Origin: an uncultured cyanobacterium
GTDB lineage: Bacteria > Cyanobacteriota > Cyanobacteriia > Cyanobacteriales > Cyanobacteriaceae
Reading direction: 5' to 3'
NCBI GenBank assembly: GCA_963749915.1
Contig: CAVVOP010000028.1
Coordinates: forward strand, 1 to 29,285
Length of the DNA: 29,285 nt
Made by a program: the position numbers and the translations under genes. How positions within the stretch are numbered: position 1 is the first letter of the stretch; each line of letters opens with the position of its first letter. Shown piece by piece: positions 18,481 through 27,730 of this stretch. The notes under the pieces are model-generated. The model was given only the letters and a program-made list of their open reading frames with translations. It did not search any database and had not been told where the DNA came from.

Positions 18481-19365
18481 ATGTTAAACTTACTAAACTT
18501 AATTACTGAGCCATTACAATTTGAATTTATGAGAAATGCTCTCATTATTATTGTTTTTTTAGGGATTTTATGTGCGGTGACAGGTAGTTATTTGATTGTG
18601 CAAAAAATGGGTTTATTAGGGGATGTTATTGCCCATGCAGTTTTACCCGGATTGGCGATCGCTTTTTATTTCGGAATAGATATATTTCTAGGGGCATTTA
18701 TTTCAGGGATATTAAGTACCTTTATTATTGCTTGGATTAAAGAAGAATCAAAAATCAAGATCGATGTTGCCATGGCATTAGTATTTTCTGGGTTTTTAGC
18801 TTTAGGAATTATGTTAATCACTATTTTAAAAAGCAAAATCGATCTTCATAGTTTTTTATTTGGTGATATTTTAGTTGTTACTAGTAGTGATGTTTTAAGA
18901 ACATTAATAATTACTTTTTTTGTCCTTTTATTTATCAAGTTATTTTATAAAGAATTATTATTTTACACCTTTAATCCTTTAGGTGCAAAAGCGATCGGTT
19001 TACCTATAAAATGGCTTAATTTAATGCTTGTTTCTGCCATTACTTTAGCGATTATTGCTAGTATGCAAGCAGTGGGAGTTGTGTTAGTTGTCTCTTTGCT
19101 AACTGCCCCCAGCATCACAGCTTATTTATTAGTGAAAGAATTGTCACAAATGATGATTGTGGGTGCTGTTTTTGGTAGTTTTAGTGGTGTTGTAGGTATT
19201 TATTTGAGTTACTATTTAAATGTCCCATCAGGAGCTTCGATCGTCATTGTAGCTAGTATTTTATTTTTATTAGCATTATTATTTAGTCCGAGTCAGGGGA
19301 TTTTAACCCGCCCTGAAATGCTTTATAAAATTAAGTATATTTTGAACAGGAGAATTAAAAATTAA
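18481..19365 (+). CDS. znuB: Metal ABC transporter permease
   Basis: Multi-TM protein with GDVIAHAVLPG and FLFGDIL (ABC-3 family). Confidence 0.92.
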   Translation: MLNLLNLITEPLQFEFMRNALIIIVFLGILCAVTGSYLIVQKMGLLGDVIAHAVLPGLAIAFYFGIDIFLGAFISGILSTFIIAWIKEESKIKIDVAMALVFSGFLALGIMLITILKSKIDLHSFLFGDILVVTSSDVLRTLIITFFVLLFIKLFYKELLFYTFNPLGAKAIGLPIKWLNLMLVSAITLAIIASMQAVGVVLVVSLLTAPSITAYLLVKELSQMMIVGAVFGSFSGVVGIYLSYYLNVPSGASIVIVASILFLLALLFSPSQGILTRPEMLYKIKYILNRRIKN

Positions 19366-19372
19366 CTAAATT

Positions 19373-20377
19373 TCACTGAAAAATAAATACTTCCCCCATA
19401 TCACTACCGACTGCTAATTTTTTCCCCGAAAAATCCCACTGTAAACAAGAAAAACCTCCTTCTATTCCCATAAAATCATCCATTAATTGCTCTTCATTTT
19501 CCCATAAAAATAAGCAACCTTCCTCATTTCCTCCAACTAAAAAGAGATTATGAGGATTAAACTGTAAATCCTGAATGATACTATCCTCAATACTTAAAAT
19601 ACTGGGATTCCAACCGTTTTCTGCTATTTTCTTCTTTTGCCAAACTAACACATCCCCTTGACTAGAAGTCCCCAACAAAGGAGCATTTTCTGATACAGTC
19701 TTTGACCATGTGAGGTTACGAACTTTACCACTAAATCCCGACAGTCGCCAAGGCAACAAATCGAAATCATCCCACAACATAACTGTATTATCAAGACAAC
19801 TAATGGCAAGATAATTTTTATAATCTGCCCACCTGATTTTAAAGGCAGGGGCGTAAGTTTCTATATAAATGGGATCTTCTAACCAATCTTTGCTATCCCA
19901 AATTTTAACACCTCCATCTCCGGCGATCGCCAAAGAATCTCCTTGAGGATGCCAAGCAAAATCCAACACTGTAGAATTTTCAAAGGGTAAAGAGGTAATT
20001 ATTTCTTGTGCCTCGACATCCCAAATCTGCACATAACGTCCTTGAGTAAAAGCAAGATAGTTTTTTTGGGGATGCCATGCTAGATTTTCTAACCATTGTA
20101 GATTCCAGTCTAGGGTCTCAATTAATTTTAAGTCAGCAAGTCGCCAAATCAAGACCTGTCCATTTTGTCCCCCTACGGCTAAAAATTTACTATCAGCAGA
20201 AAAAGCGACATGATCTATCGAACTTTCAGTCTTATTAGGGGGAAGGATAAGTTGGGGGGTATCGATAAATAACATTACCTCACCACTAGCGGAACTTACT
20301 GCCAAATCACCTTTTTTTGACCAATTTACCGCCGTAATATATTCTGTTAATTTTCCTCGCCATTGTATTTTTAACAT
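19373..20377 (-). CDS. WD40-repeat protein
   Basis: Repeated AFSAD/AWHPQ...IWD units; directly downstream of a COG0523 gene. Confidence 0.92.
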   Translation of the reverse strand: MLKIQWRGKLTEYITAVNWSKKGDLAVSSASGEVMLFIDTPQLILPPNKTESSIDHVAFSADSKFLAVGGQNGQVLIWRLADLKLIETLDWNLQWLENLAWHPQKNYLAFTQGRYVQIWDVEAQEIITSLPFENSTVLDFAWHPQGDSLAIAGDGGVKIWDSKDWLEDPIYIETYAPAFKIRWADYKNYLAISCLDNTVMLWDDFDLLPWRLSGFSGKVRNLTWSKTVSENAPLLGTSSQGDVLVWQKKKIAENGWNPSILSIEDSIIQDLQFNPHNLFLVGGNEEGCLFLWENEEQLMDDFMGIEGGFSCLQWDFSGKKLAVGSDMGEVFIFQ

Positions 20378-20402
20378 TTTAATCTGAGACCAAAAGTGAC
20401 TA

Positions 20403-21371
20403 TTAATCCAAACAAGCCTTAAAACTTTCTCTTAACTCCATTTCCTCTAAATTACGCCCGATAAATACCAATTCACTTTTACGGGTTTCTCCTTCCTGCC
20501 AAGGGCGATCGTTAGTTACATCAAACAACATATGTACACCCTGAAATACGATGCGATCGCTCATGTTAGCAATATTTAAAATACCCTTCATGCGGAAAAT
20601 ATCCGTGCCTCGATTGCCTAATAAATTGCCAATCCAATCTTGTAGCTTTTCTAAATTCAAAGGCTGAGATTCTGTCATCGCAATAGAATACACTGATTCA
20701 TCGTGTTGGTGGGCTTCTTCACCCAAAAAATTAGGATCGATTTCTAAGGCTTTGTCTAGATCGAATGATCTAATTCCTAATAACTTACTCATTTCAATAT
20801 TCGCATTTTGAGTGCGATAAATTTTTGCCATCGCATTCATGCTACGGATACGTTTTTCCAAATCCTCTAACTCTTCTGGAGTCACTAAATCAGTTTTATT
20901 AAGTAATATTACATCAGCAAAAGCAATTTGCTCTTGAGCTTCATCTGCACTCCAATGTTGATGAATGTGCTTTGTATCTACCACTGTAGCAACTGCATCT
21001 AAAAGTAACTTTGACTTCATATCTTCATCAATAAAGAAAGTTTGTATGACGGGGGCAGGATCAGCTAATCCAGTAGTTTCAATGACTAGATGATCAAATT
21101 TATTACGTCTTTTCATCAAGTTGCTAATAATACGCATTAAATCACCCCTGACGGTGCAACAAATACAACCGTTATTCATTTCAAAGATTTCCTCATCGGC
21201 ACTAATCACCAACTGATTATCAATTCCTACCTCTCCAAATTCATTGACGATTACCGCCACTTTTTTGCCATGCTCATAGGTAAGGATATGATTAAGTAAA
21301 GTTGTTTTACCTGCACCTAAATAACCAGTTAAAACCGTTACAGGTACTAAATCTCTCTCTTTGGTGACCAT
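20403..21371 (-). CDS. COG0523/CobW-family G3E GTPase (metallochaperone)
   Basis: GYLGAGKTT, NEFGE, GCICC, ETTG, NKTD, CobW_C domain FRMKG. Confidence 0.95.
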   Translation of the reverse strand: MVTKERDLVPVTVLTGYLGAGKTTLLNHILTYEHGKKVAVIVNEFGEVGIDNQLVISADEEIFEMNNGCICCTVRGDLMRIISNLMKRRNKFDHLVIETTGLADPAPVIQTFFIDEDMKSKLLLDAVATVVDTKHIHQHWSADEAQEQIAFADVILLNKTDLVTPEELEDLEKRIRSMNAMAKIYRTQNANIEMSKLLGIRSFDLDKALEIDPNFLGEEAHQHDESVYSIAMTESQPLNLEKLQDWIGNLLGNRGTDIFRMKGILNIANMSDRIVFQGVHMLFDVTNDRPWQEGETRKSELVFIGRNLEEMELRESFKACLD

Positions 21372-21394
21372 AGATTACCTTTTTTGTCTTAAAA

Positions 21395-21415
21395 TAAAAA
21401 TGATTATCATTATTA
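21395..21415. promoter_or_regulatory. Zur-box-like operator upstream of the COG0523-WD40 operon
   Basis: TAAAAATGATTATCATTATTA: two overlapping near-matches to TGATAATNATTATCA, ~25-45 bp upstream of the start at 21371. Confidence 0.7.
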
Positions 21416-21486
21416 TAAAACAATTAGTGAAATACTGTTTTAAAATTGAGGACATTCCATTGAATTAAAAAAGGGAGGAAAATTGT

Positions 21487-22374
21487 ATGACAAACACAAA
21501 TATTAAAAGTGATAGCAAGATATATCAATATCAGTGGTTATGGCAAAAATCCAGCCATACCATTGAAATAGAAAAAATGGGCAAAGGTCAACCGATGTTA
21601 CTACTTCCAGCTTTTAGCACGGTTTCTTCCCGTCAGGAAATGAAAGGAATAGCAGAAATATTGGCTGATAAATACGAAGTTAATTGTCTTGATTGGCTTG
21701 GTTTTGGTGACTCTCAACGCCCCTCTCTCGATTATCAACCCAGTATCTATCAAGCACTTTTAACCGACTTCGTAAAAGATAATTTTTCAGAAGCAGTAAT
21801 TTTAGTCGCCGCAGGACATAGTGCGGGATATGCCTTAAAATTGGCAAAAAACTATCCCGATTTAGTGGCTAAAATTATTTTAATTGCTCCCACTTGGAAA
21901 GGACCATTAAAAGTAATGGGAGTGCCAGATAAGGTGGGTGATTTCCTCAAAAATGTAGTTTATACTCCCATATTAGGGCAGTTTTTATACTATCTCAATA
22001 CAACCCCTGCTTTTCTCAAATTCATGTATCGCCGTCATGTTTACGTCAATGAAAATCTTTTAAACCCCGCATTTATCGCTGAAAAACGAGAAATTACCCA
22101 GAAAAAAGGGGCTAGATTTGCACCTTCTGCTTTTGTAACAGGATGCCTTGATCCGATCAAAAATCAGGAAGAATTTTTACAATTAATCTCTTCTTTAAAA
22201 CAACCAATCTTAACAATTATCGGAGATAATTCTCCTCCCTATTCTTTATCACAAATGAAAGCCATTGCCTCCCTAAAAAATATTCAAACAATTTCCTTGG
22301 GTGGTACTCTTGGTATGGCGGAAGAATACTATAATGTAATCGCTCCCTACATTCAAGAATTTTGTGAGCTATAA
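21487..22374 (+). CDS. Alpha/beta-hydrolase fold protein
   Basis: LLLPAFSTVSS, DWLGFGDSQRP, AAGHSAGY; GGAGG upstream. Confidence 0.88.
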   Translation: MTNTNIKSDSKIYQYQWLWQKSSHTIEIEKMGKGQPMLLLPAFSTVSSRQEMKGIAEILADKYEVNCLDWLGFGDSQRPSLDYQPSIYQALLTDFVKDNFSEAVILVAAGHSAGYALKLAKNYPDLVAKIILIAPTWKGPLKVMGVPDKVGDFLKNVVYTPILGQFLYYLNTTPAFLKFMYRRHVYVNENLLNPAFIAEKREITQKKGARFAPSAFVTGCLDPIKNQEEFLQLISSLKQPILTIIGDNSPPYSLSQMKAIASLKNIQTISLGGTLGMAEEYYNVIAPYIQEFCEL

Positions 22375-22698
22375 TTTTTTCTTTTTCTGATCTTAATAAT
22401 ATTTAAAAATATAGTCTCTTTTGAAAAGTTAATTTCAATTCAATATTAAGCTAATTAAAAATATTATTAACCGTCAAATTCAGTTCTATTTTATCTAAAA
22501 AAGCAGAATAATGTTATCACGAAAGATTTTAATAGCATTTTTTAAAAAACTACTACTTGTTGTAAAAATTCATCTAAGGTGATTATTTTTTTCGATGGTA
22601 GCAATCATAATTTCTGTTTTTTCATAATTGGTTATGTTTATCTTTTTTCCGTAAAAAGATCTTCAGTTTTACTGAGTGGATGAATCGAGAATGTCAAT

Positions 22699-23460
22699 TT
22701 AATTACTCAAAGACTCCTTGACTTGTTGTTGATAAAAATAAACGGCGGAATCTTCAAGACAAAAATCACTAATTGTATCGACAATCGCTTGTTTGTCTAA
22801 ATTAGCACCAATAATTTCTAAACCACTAAAATGAGTTGGTCTTCCTTCTAAAGATAAAGGTATTTCTAAAGGTTGAAAATCGAAATTAAGACCATTTTGA
22901 AGATAATCTCGATAAATACATTGACCATCCATAATATTAAATATACCTTTAACACGGATAATATCACCATAAGCACCAGCTACTAACTCTTGCCAAAAGG
23001 TTTCTAAACTAGCAAAATCTAATATTTCTTGCGTTAATCCTGCTCGATGAATTTGTAAATTAGCTAAAGAAATTGATTTTATCTCACTTTTTAATTCTCG
23101 ATTAACAATTATTTTATCAGCTAAATTTCCCCATTTTTGACTATCTTCTAATTGACTGACGATCGCTATTTTTTCTGCATCTAAATTATCCAAAAAACTA
23201 GGATCATTAAGAATATCAATATATTCAGGTATTTCTAGGTAAATATTACTTTCTCTACTTTCATTGATAAATTCAGATAAATCTTGACTATTGACGATCG
23301 ATAAATCAGGATAATAACCTTGTAAGAAAGCACCATCTAAAGGAAAAGTTTCTGTTTTAGGACTAAGGTAATAACTGTCGTGATTACTCTGTTTTAAATC
23401 TTCTTGAATCCAATGGGTTTTGCCCACTCCGCAACTACCCATAATTATTTTTATAGTCAT
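22699..23460 (-). CDS. Divergent CobW-like protein (P-loop plus CobW_C), lacks CxCC
   Basis: GSCGVGKT; GDIIRVKGIF and LEIIGANLD of CobW_C; no GCxCC motif. Confidence 0.75.
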   Translation of the reverse strand: MTIKIIMGSCGVGKTHWIQEDLKQSNHDSYYLSPKTETFPLDGAFLQGYYPDLSIVNSQDLSEFINESRESNIYLEIPEYIDILNDPSFLDNLDAEKIAIVSQLEDSQKWGNLADKIIVNRELKSEIKSISLANLQIHRAGLTQEILDFASLETFWQELVAGAYGDIIRVKGIFNIMDGQCIYRDYLQNGLNFDFQPLEIPLSLEGRPTHFSGLEIIGANLDKQAIVDTISDFCLEDSAVYFYQQQVKESLSN

Positions 23461-23495
23461 TTGTATTGTATATTTGATATCTAAAAAAACTTCAA

Positions 23496-24548
23496 TTATT
23501 CATTATCCATTGATTGATCAATACATTGTTTGAGTTTAGTTTTTAACTTGTCTCCATCTATGTTCTTGCCAATCATTACAAATTGATTATTTTTTATTGG
23601 TGAATTTTCCCACTCTTGAGTATCGATACTATAACGTCTGCCACTGAGTTGAAAAATATGTTTTAATTTACTCTCTGCAAACCATAAAACTCCTTTGGCT
23701 CGATATACTTGATCCATCACTTCATCAGTAATAAAATTCTGAAATTTATCTACATTCAGAGGACGATCGCATTCAAAGGATACGGAGACAAAACCGTCGA
23801 TTTCTAAATGATGGGAATGATCGTGATCGTGGTGATCGTGGTCATGATTATGGTGATGATGTTCATGATCATGATCATGATCATGATGTTCGTGATGCTC
23901 TGTTTTCTGATCCAAAGAATAATTATTAGAATTATGACTATTAATATCTAAAATTAAAGGAAGGGGTATTTGACCATATTGAGAATGTAAAATTTTTGCT
24001 CCACTGTTAATCTCAAAAATATCTTTTTCTAACTCATTTATTTTTGATTCAGAAACCAAATCAACCTTATTGAGAATAAAAATATCTCCATAAATAACTT
24101 GTTGCAAAGCCGCCTCACTCTCAAAATGTTCGGGAGTAAAATTTTCCGCATCAATTAAAGTTAAGACAGAATCAAGACGCACAAAATCCCTTAATTCAGG
24201 ACTAACAAAAGTTAAAACGATCGGTAAAGGATCAGCAACGCCAGTAGTTTCGACAATCAAATAATCAACTTTTTGCTCACTTTCTAAAATTTGGAAAACT
24301 GTGTTCAATAAATCATCATTAATGGTGCAACAAATACAGCCATTACTGAGACTTAACATATTTTCTTCCACAGAAACTAATAGCTTACTATCAATATCGA
24401 TATCACCAAATTCATTGACAATAATCGCCACTTTTAGATCTTGATTATTAGTCAAAATATGATTCAATAAAGTAGTTTTACCACTACCTAAAAAACCAGT
24501 GATAATCGTAACGGGTAAACCCCTTTTTGGTAGAGTTAAATTATCCAT
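23496..24548 (-). CDS. COG0523/CobW-family GTPase with long His-rich insert
   Basis: GFLGSGKTT, GCICC, ETTG, NKVD; HHEHHDHDHDHEHHHHNHDHDHHDHDHSHH; YRAKG. Confidence 0.95.
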   Translation of the reverse strand: MDNLTLPKRGLPVTIITGFLGSGKTTLLNHILTNNQDLKVAIIVNEFGDIDIDSKLLVSVEENMLSLSNGCICCTINDDLLNTVFQILESEQKVDYLIVETTGVADPLPIVLTFVSPELRDFVRLDSVLTLIDAENFTPEHFESEAALQQVIYGDIFILNKVDLVSESKINELEKDIFEINSGAKILHSQYGQIPLPLILDINSHNSNNYSLDQKTEHHEHHDHDHDHEHHHHNHDHDHHDHDHSHHLEIDGFVSVSFECDRPLNVDKFQNFITDEVMDQVYRAKGVLWFAESKLKHIFQLSGRRYSIDTQEWENSPIKNNQFVMIGKNIDGDKLKTKLKQCIDQSMDNE

Positions 24549-24629
24549 AAATTAAACTTTTGAGCATTAAAATTGTTACTTAGATAGATAGAAAAATCGA
24601 GGTATTTACATCAGTGTTGCGATCGAAGT

Positions 24630-24646
24630 GGTGGGTATAACCCACC
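24630..24646. other. Intercistronic hairpin just downstream of folE
   Basis: GGTGGGT-ATA-ACCCACC 7-bp stem; no U-tract on the minus strand, so not a classic terminator. Confidence 0.5.
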
Positions 24647-24655
24647 TTATCACGA

Positions 24656-25315
24656 CTAACTATTAAACATGGGGCGATGCTGGATTAAATTCATGAACTC
24701 TTGACGAGTTTTACCATCATCAGCAAATACACCTCTTAAAGCACTAGTAGAAGTCCATGAACCTGGTTTTTGTACCCCTCGCATTACCATACACATATGG
24801 GTTGCTTCGATGACTACAGCCACTCCTTGAGGCTGTAATAAACCCTGTAAAGCATCAGCAATTTGAACAGTTAAACGTTCTTGCACTTGTAAACGACGAG
24901 CATACATTTCGCAAATACGGGCAATTTTCGATAAACCAATTACTTTACCATTGGGAATATAGGCGACATGGGCTTTACCCAAAATTGGTAAAATATGATG
25001 CTCACAAGAACTAAATAAATCAATATCTCTGACTAATACCATTTCGTTGGTATTTTCGTGGAATACTGCCCCATTGAGTAATTCATCAAGGGATTGCTCA
25101 TAGCCTGATGTTAGATATTTTAAGGCTTTGACAACTCTTTTGGGAGTATCGATTAACCCTTCGCGATCGGGATTTTCACCTAAACCGATTAATAATGTTC
25201 TCACCGCTTGAACCATTTCTGCTTCACTGACAGGAGGATGAGATTTTGTTGTCAGGTTGGGTAAGAAAGAATTGTTACTAGTATTGATAGAGGATTGAGG
25301 TTCAGTATATGTCAT
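24656..25315 (-). CDS. folE: GTP cyclohydrolase I (type IA)
   Basis: [46 protein letters not shown]. Confidence 0.97.
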   Translation of the reverse strand: MTYTEPQSSINTSNNSFLPNLTTKSHPPVSEAEMVQAVRTLLIGLGENPDREGLIDTPKRVVKALKYLTSGYEQSLDELLNGAVFHENTNEMVLVRDIDLFSSCEHHILPILGKAHVAYIPNGKVIGLSKIARICEMYARRLQVQERLTVQIADALQGLLQPQGVAVVIEATHMCMVMRGVQKPGSWTSTSALRGVFADDGKTRQEFMNLIQHRPMFNS

Positions 25316-25344
25316 AAATTTATATTGGAGAGATCATTTAATAA

Positions 25345-25359
25345 TGATAATCGTTATCA
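25345..25359. promoter_or_regulatory. Zur/Fur-box-like operator upstream of folE
   Basis: TGATAATCGTTATCA, one mismatch from the 7-1-7 consensus, ~30 bp upstream of the folE start. Confidence 0.8.
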
Positions 25360-25693
25360 TCTGTTTTTGACAACTATCTTCGTAGATTAAGATTACTTTT
25401 TCATTCGCTTTAACTAGCGATTAATATTTCTCCATTGGGTAGATCAACGATCGTAATTCCCCCCTGTTGTAAAATGAGACCAAGACGATCACTTGTTTTG
25501 AATATGTCCAACCTTATAACTATCTTCTTATGCAAATTTAATTGATGAAAATACCATAATAGAAATACCTGAAGAATGGTATTTAGGGGATGATTGTCGA
25601 ATCAGGCGCGGTTTAAGAAATGATAGGGTGCGATCGTCCTCTTTAAATAACTTAGGAAAAACTAAGTAATATCAAAATATTAGTGAGAAAAAT

Positions 25694-25954
25694 ATGCCAG
25701 AAATTAGCCGATTTTTAGGAATTATTATAACTATGTATTATAACGATCATCCGCCTCCTCATTTTCATGCGAGATATAACCAACAAAAAGCCATCATCGA
25801 TATTGAAACATTATCTATTTTACAAGGAAAACTAAGACCTCGAATTTTGGGGATCGTTATTGAATGGGCTTTATTACATCAATCAGAATTAAGAGAAAAT
25901 TGGCAATTAGCAAGACAAAATCAACCATTACAAAATATCGAACCTTTGGAGTAA
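25694..25954 (+). CDS. DUF4160 family protein (putative toxin)
   Basis: MPEISRFLGIIITMYYNDHPPPHFHARY...ELRENW...IEPLE. Confidence 0.9.
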   Translation: MPEISRFLGIIITMYYNDHPPPHFHARYNQQKAIIDIETLSILQGKLRPRILGIVIEWALLHQSELRENWQLARQNQPLQNIEPLE

Positions 25955-25956
25955 AA

Positions 25957-26235
25957 ATGCTAAAAGATATTATCGAAGTTAAACCATTAGAAAATTATCA
26001 ACTTTACCTCAAATTTGAAGATAATAAAGAGGGCATAATTGATATTAGTAAAATTATCGAATTTACTGGTATTTTTACACCTTTAAAAGAATTAGATTAT
26101 TTTCAAACAGTCAAATTAAACCCAGAATGGGGAACAATTTATTGGGATAATGGAGCAGATTTAGATCCTGATGTACTTTATTCCGCTATTACAAAACAAA
26201 ATTTACCTCAATTTTCTAGTTATATTTATCAGTAA
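25957..26235 (+). CDS. DUF2442 family protein (putative antitoxin)
   Basis: ATG at 25957 just after the upstream stop; VKPLENYQLYLKFED...GTIYWDNGADLDPDVLY. Confidence 0.9.
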   Translation: MLKDIIEVKPLENYQLYLKFEDNKEGIIDISKIIEFTGIFTPLKELDYFQTVKLNPEWGTIYWDNGADLDPDVLYSAITKQNLPQFSSYIYQ

Positions 26236-26890
26236 TTCATCTAGGTGCTTACTGCAAAGCCTATTCGCGTACGATCGCCCTTTGAAGATGATATAATAAG
26301 CCATTATCAAAAATATCGATGTAAGACGATAGGAACCGACATTCAGCAGGTTTGTTAACAGAGAAAATAATATTTTTGAACTAACTTCGCCCAATCCATT
26401 TCTGCACAAGTATTACAGACTTATCTAATATTTTAGATCTTAAAAAACGTACAACGACAAAGTACAAACTGTAATACAAAAGCGATCGCCTTTTTCAACC
26501 TCAAAATCTACTGAATTCGTTAAATTATTTTTTTCTAATAGATGTAAGAGACTGCAATCATAAACAGTTGAGACAGGATTATTTGCAACTATAATTTTCA
26601 TTTCAGACAGGATTATTTGCAACTGAGACAGAATTAAATGCAAATGAGACAGCAATCATTACAGTCTGAGACAGAATTAACTGCAAATAAGCTATGATTA
26701 TTGCCCCCTCTTAATTATGGCTTTTTATCTCCTCAGATACTTTCTCCTGTCACTTAGTAAAGAAACTGATATATAAGATAAAAATCTTAACTAAGAAAAC
26801 TTAACTAAGATTTTTAATAATTTTACGGCGATTGATCAGTTATAGTTAGGTTAATATTTTCCCGAGAACTTTTTTTACTTAACCTTCGTT

Positions 26891-27223
26891 ATGGCAAAGG
26901 CATCTATTCCGGCTCAAGTTAAAGCTCAGGTAGAGAAAATAATAGAGCAGTTTAATCAGGAAGTTGGTCAGCAATACATGGCCAAGTACGTACCTCGCTA
27001 CCGGGGCAATCATCTCTATCTCGACCGCATTGACTTTATGGGTAATCAACGACAAATCTGTCGCTTGACATATACAGGAGACTTAAATTCCTGGGATTTT
27101 GCCATTTATAAGTCCAGTGACAATTGCTATGATCCTGATGAGTGGATGTTTCCTGGCTCAGGACACCGGGATGGTACCGTTGAAGGGGCGATGATGGCAG
27201 GTCTCGAAGCATACCCACCTTAA
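26891..27223 (+). CDS. Hypothetical protein (110 aa), identical to 419..751
   Basis: Identical translation in the ORF track. Confidence 0.85.
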   Translation: MAKASIPAQVKAQVEKIIEQFNQEVGQQYMAKYVPRYRGNHLYLDRIDFMGNQRQICRLTYTGDLNSWDFAIYKSSDNCYDPDEWMFPGSGHRDGTVEGAMMAGLEAYPP

Positions 27224-27251
27224 AGACTATATTGAGAACCATCTACCAACT

Positions 27252-27498
27252 CTAATCAGCTTCCTCTGTTCTCCTAAATTTATGGACTAAAAGCACAGGC
27301 CATAACAGCGCGCCAACAAAGGCAACAAAAGCATAAGCCCATTTAGCTTTTATCTTTTCCGCTTTAGGATCAGAGGTCTGTAGATTATTCATAGATGCAC
27401 AAATGGCATTGAATTTCTCTAGATCTTGGAGATCCATAACATATTGAATTAATAATACCAAGGAGGTAGATAGCTGGCACTATCAACAGAAATTTCAT
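27252..27498 (-). pseudogene. Frameshifted copy of the small membrane-protein gene
   Basis: GGTATTATTAATTCAATATG vs left-arm GGCATTATTATTAAATATG (+1 base) splits the ORF into 27385..27597 and 27252..27461. Confidence 0.7.
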
Positions 27499-27619
27499 CA
27501 GACTAATCGTGGATTGTGAGATTTTAAGCGAGGCACCAAAGGCTATTTTACCTTGTGAATTACTTAATTTAGTAAAACATTTTGGGTTTTTTTGCACAAC
27601 CTCCCGAAAAGATGCAATA

Positions 27620-27724
27620 AGAAATCGTTATGATCCAGACGAATGGATGTTTCCTGGTTCAGGATACTTAGATGGAACTGTTGAAGGTGCTATGAAGGCT
27701 GGGTTAGAAGCATACCCACCATAA
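27620..27724 (+). pseudogene. Orphan 3' end of a diverged allele of the 110-aa gene
   Basis: YDPDEWMFPGSGYLDGTVEGAMKAGLEAYPP* vs YDPDEWMFPGSGHRDGTVEGAMMAGLEAYPP*. Confidence 0.85.
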
Positions 27725-27730
27725 TAGATT

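Larger units (their letters stand above)
26543..27636 (+). repeat. Right arm of the ~1.1-kb inverted repeat
   Basis: Begins TGTAAGAGACTGCAATCAT, ends TTATGATCC; reverse complement of 7..1160 apart from repeat-number differences and a few substitutions. Confidence 0.95.

Noticed and set aside
23815..23900. GATCAT/GATCGT tandem repeats
   Set aside because: They encode the His/Asp tract of the COG0523 protein.
1161..26542. Central 25 kb as cargo inside a single transposon
   Set aside because: The termini face inward (ACA at 1160, TGT at 26543), so the element bodies extend outward.
27509..27724. 71-aa ORF as an intact gene
   Set aside because: Only the last ~35 codons are homologous to the 110-aa gene; the rest is chance open frame over the passenger's upstream region.
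27128..27724. Diversity-generating retroelement TR/VR pair
   Set aside because: Differences are mostly third-position synonymous and not adenine-specific; no reverse transcriptase in the window.
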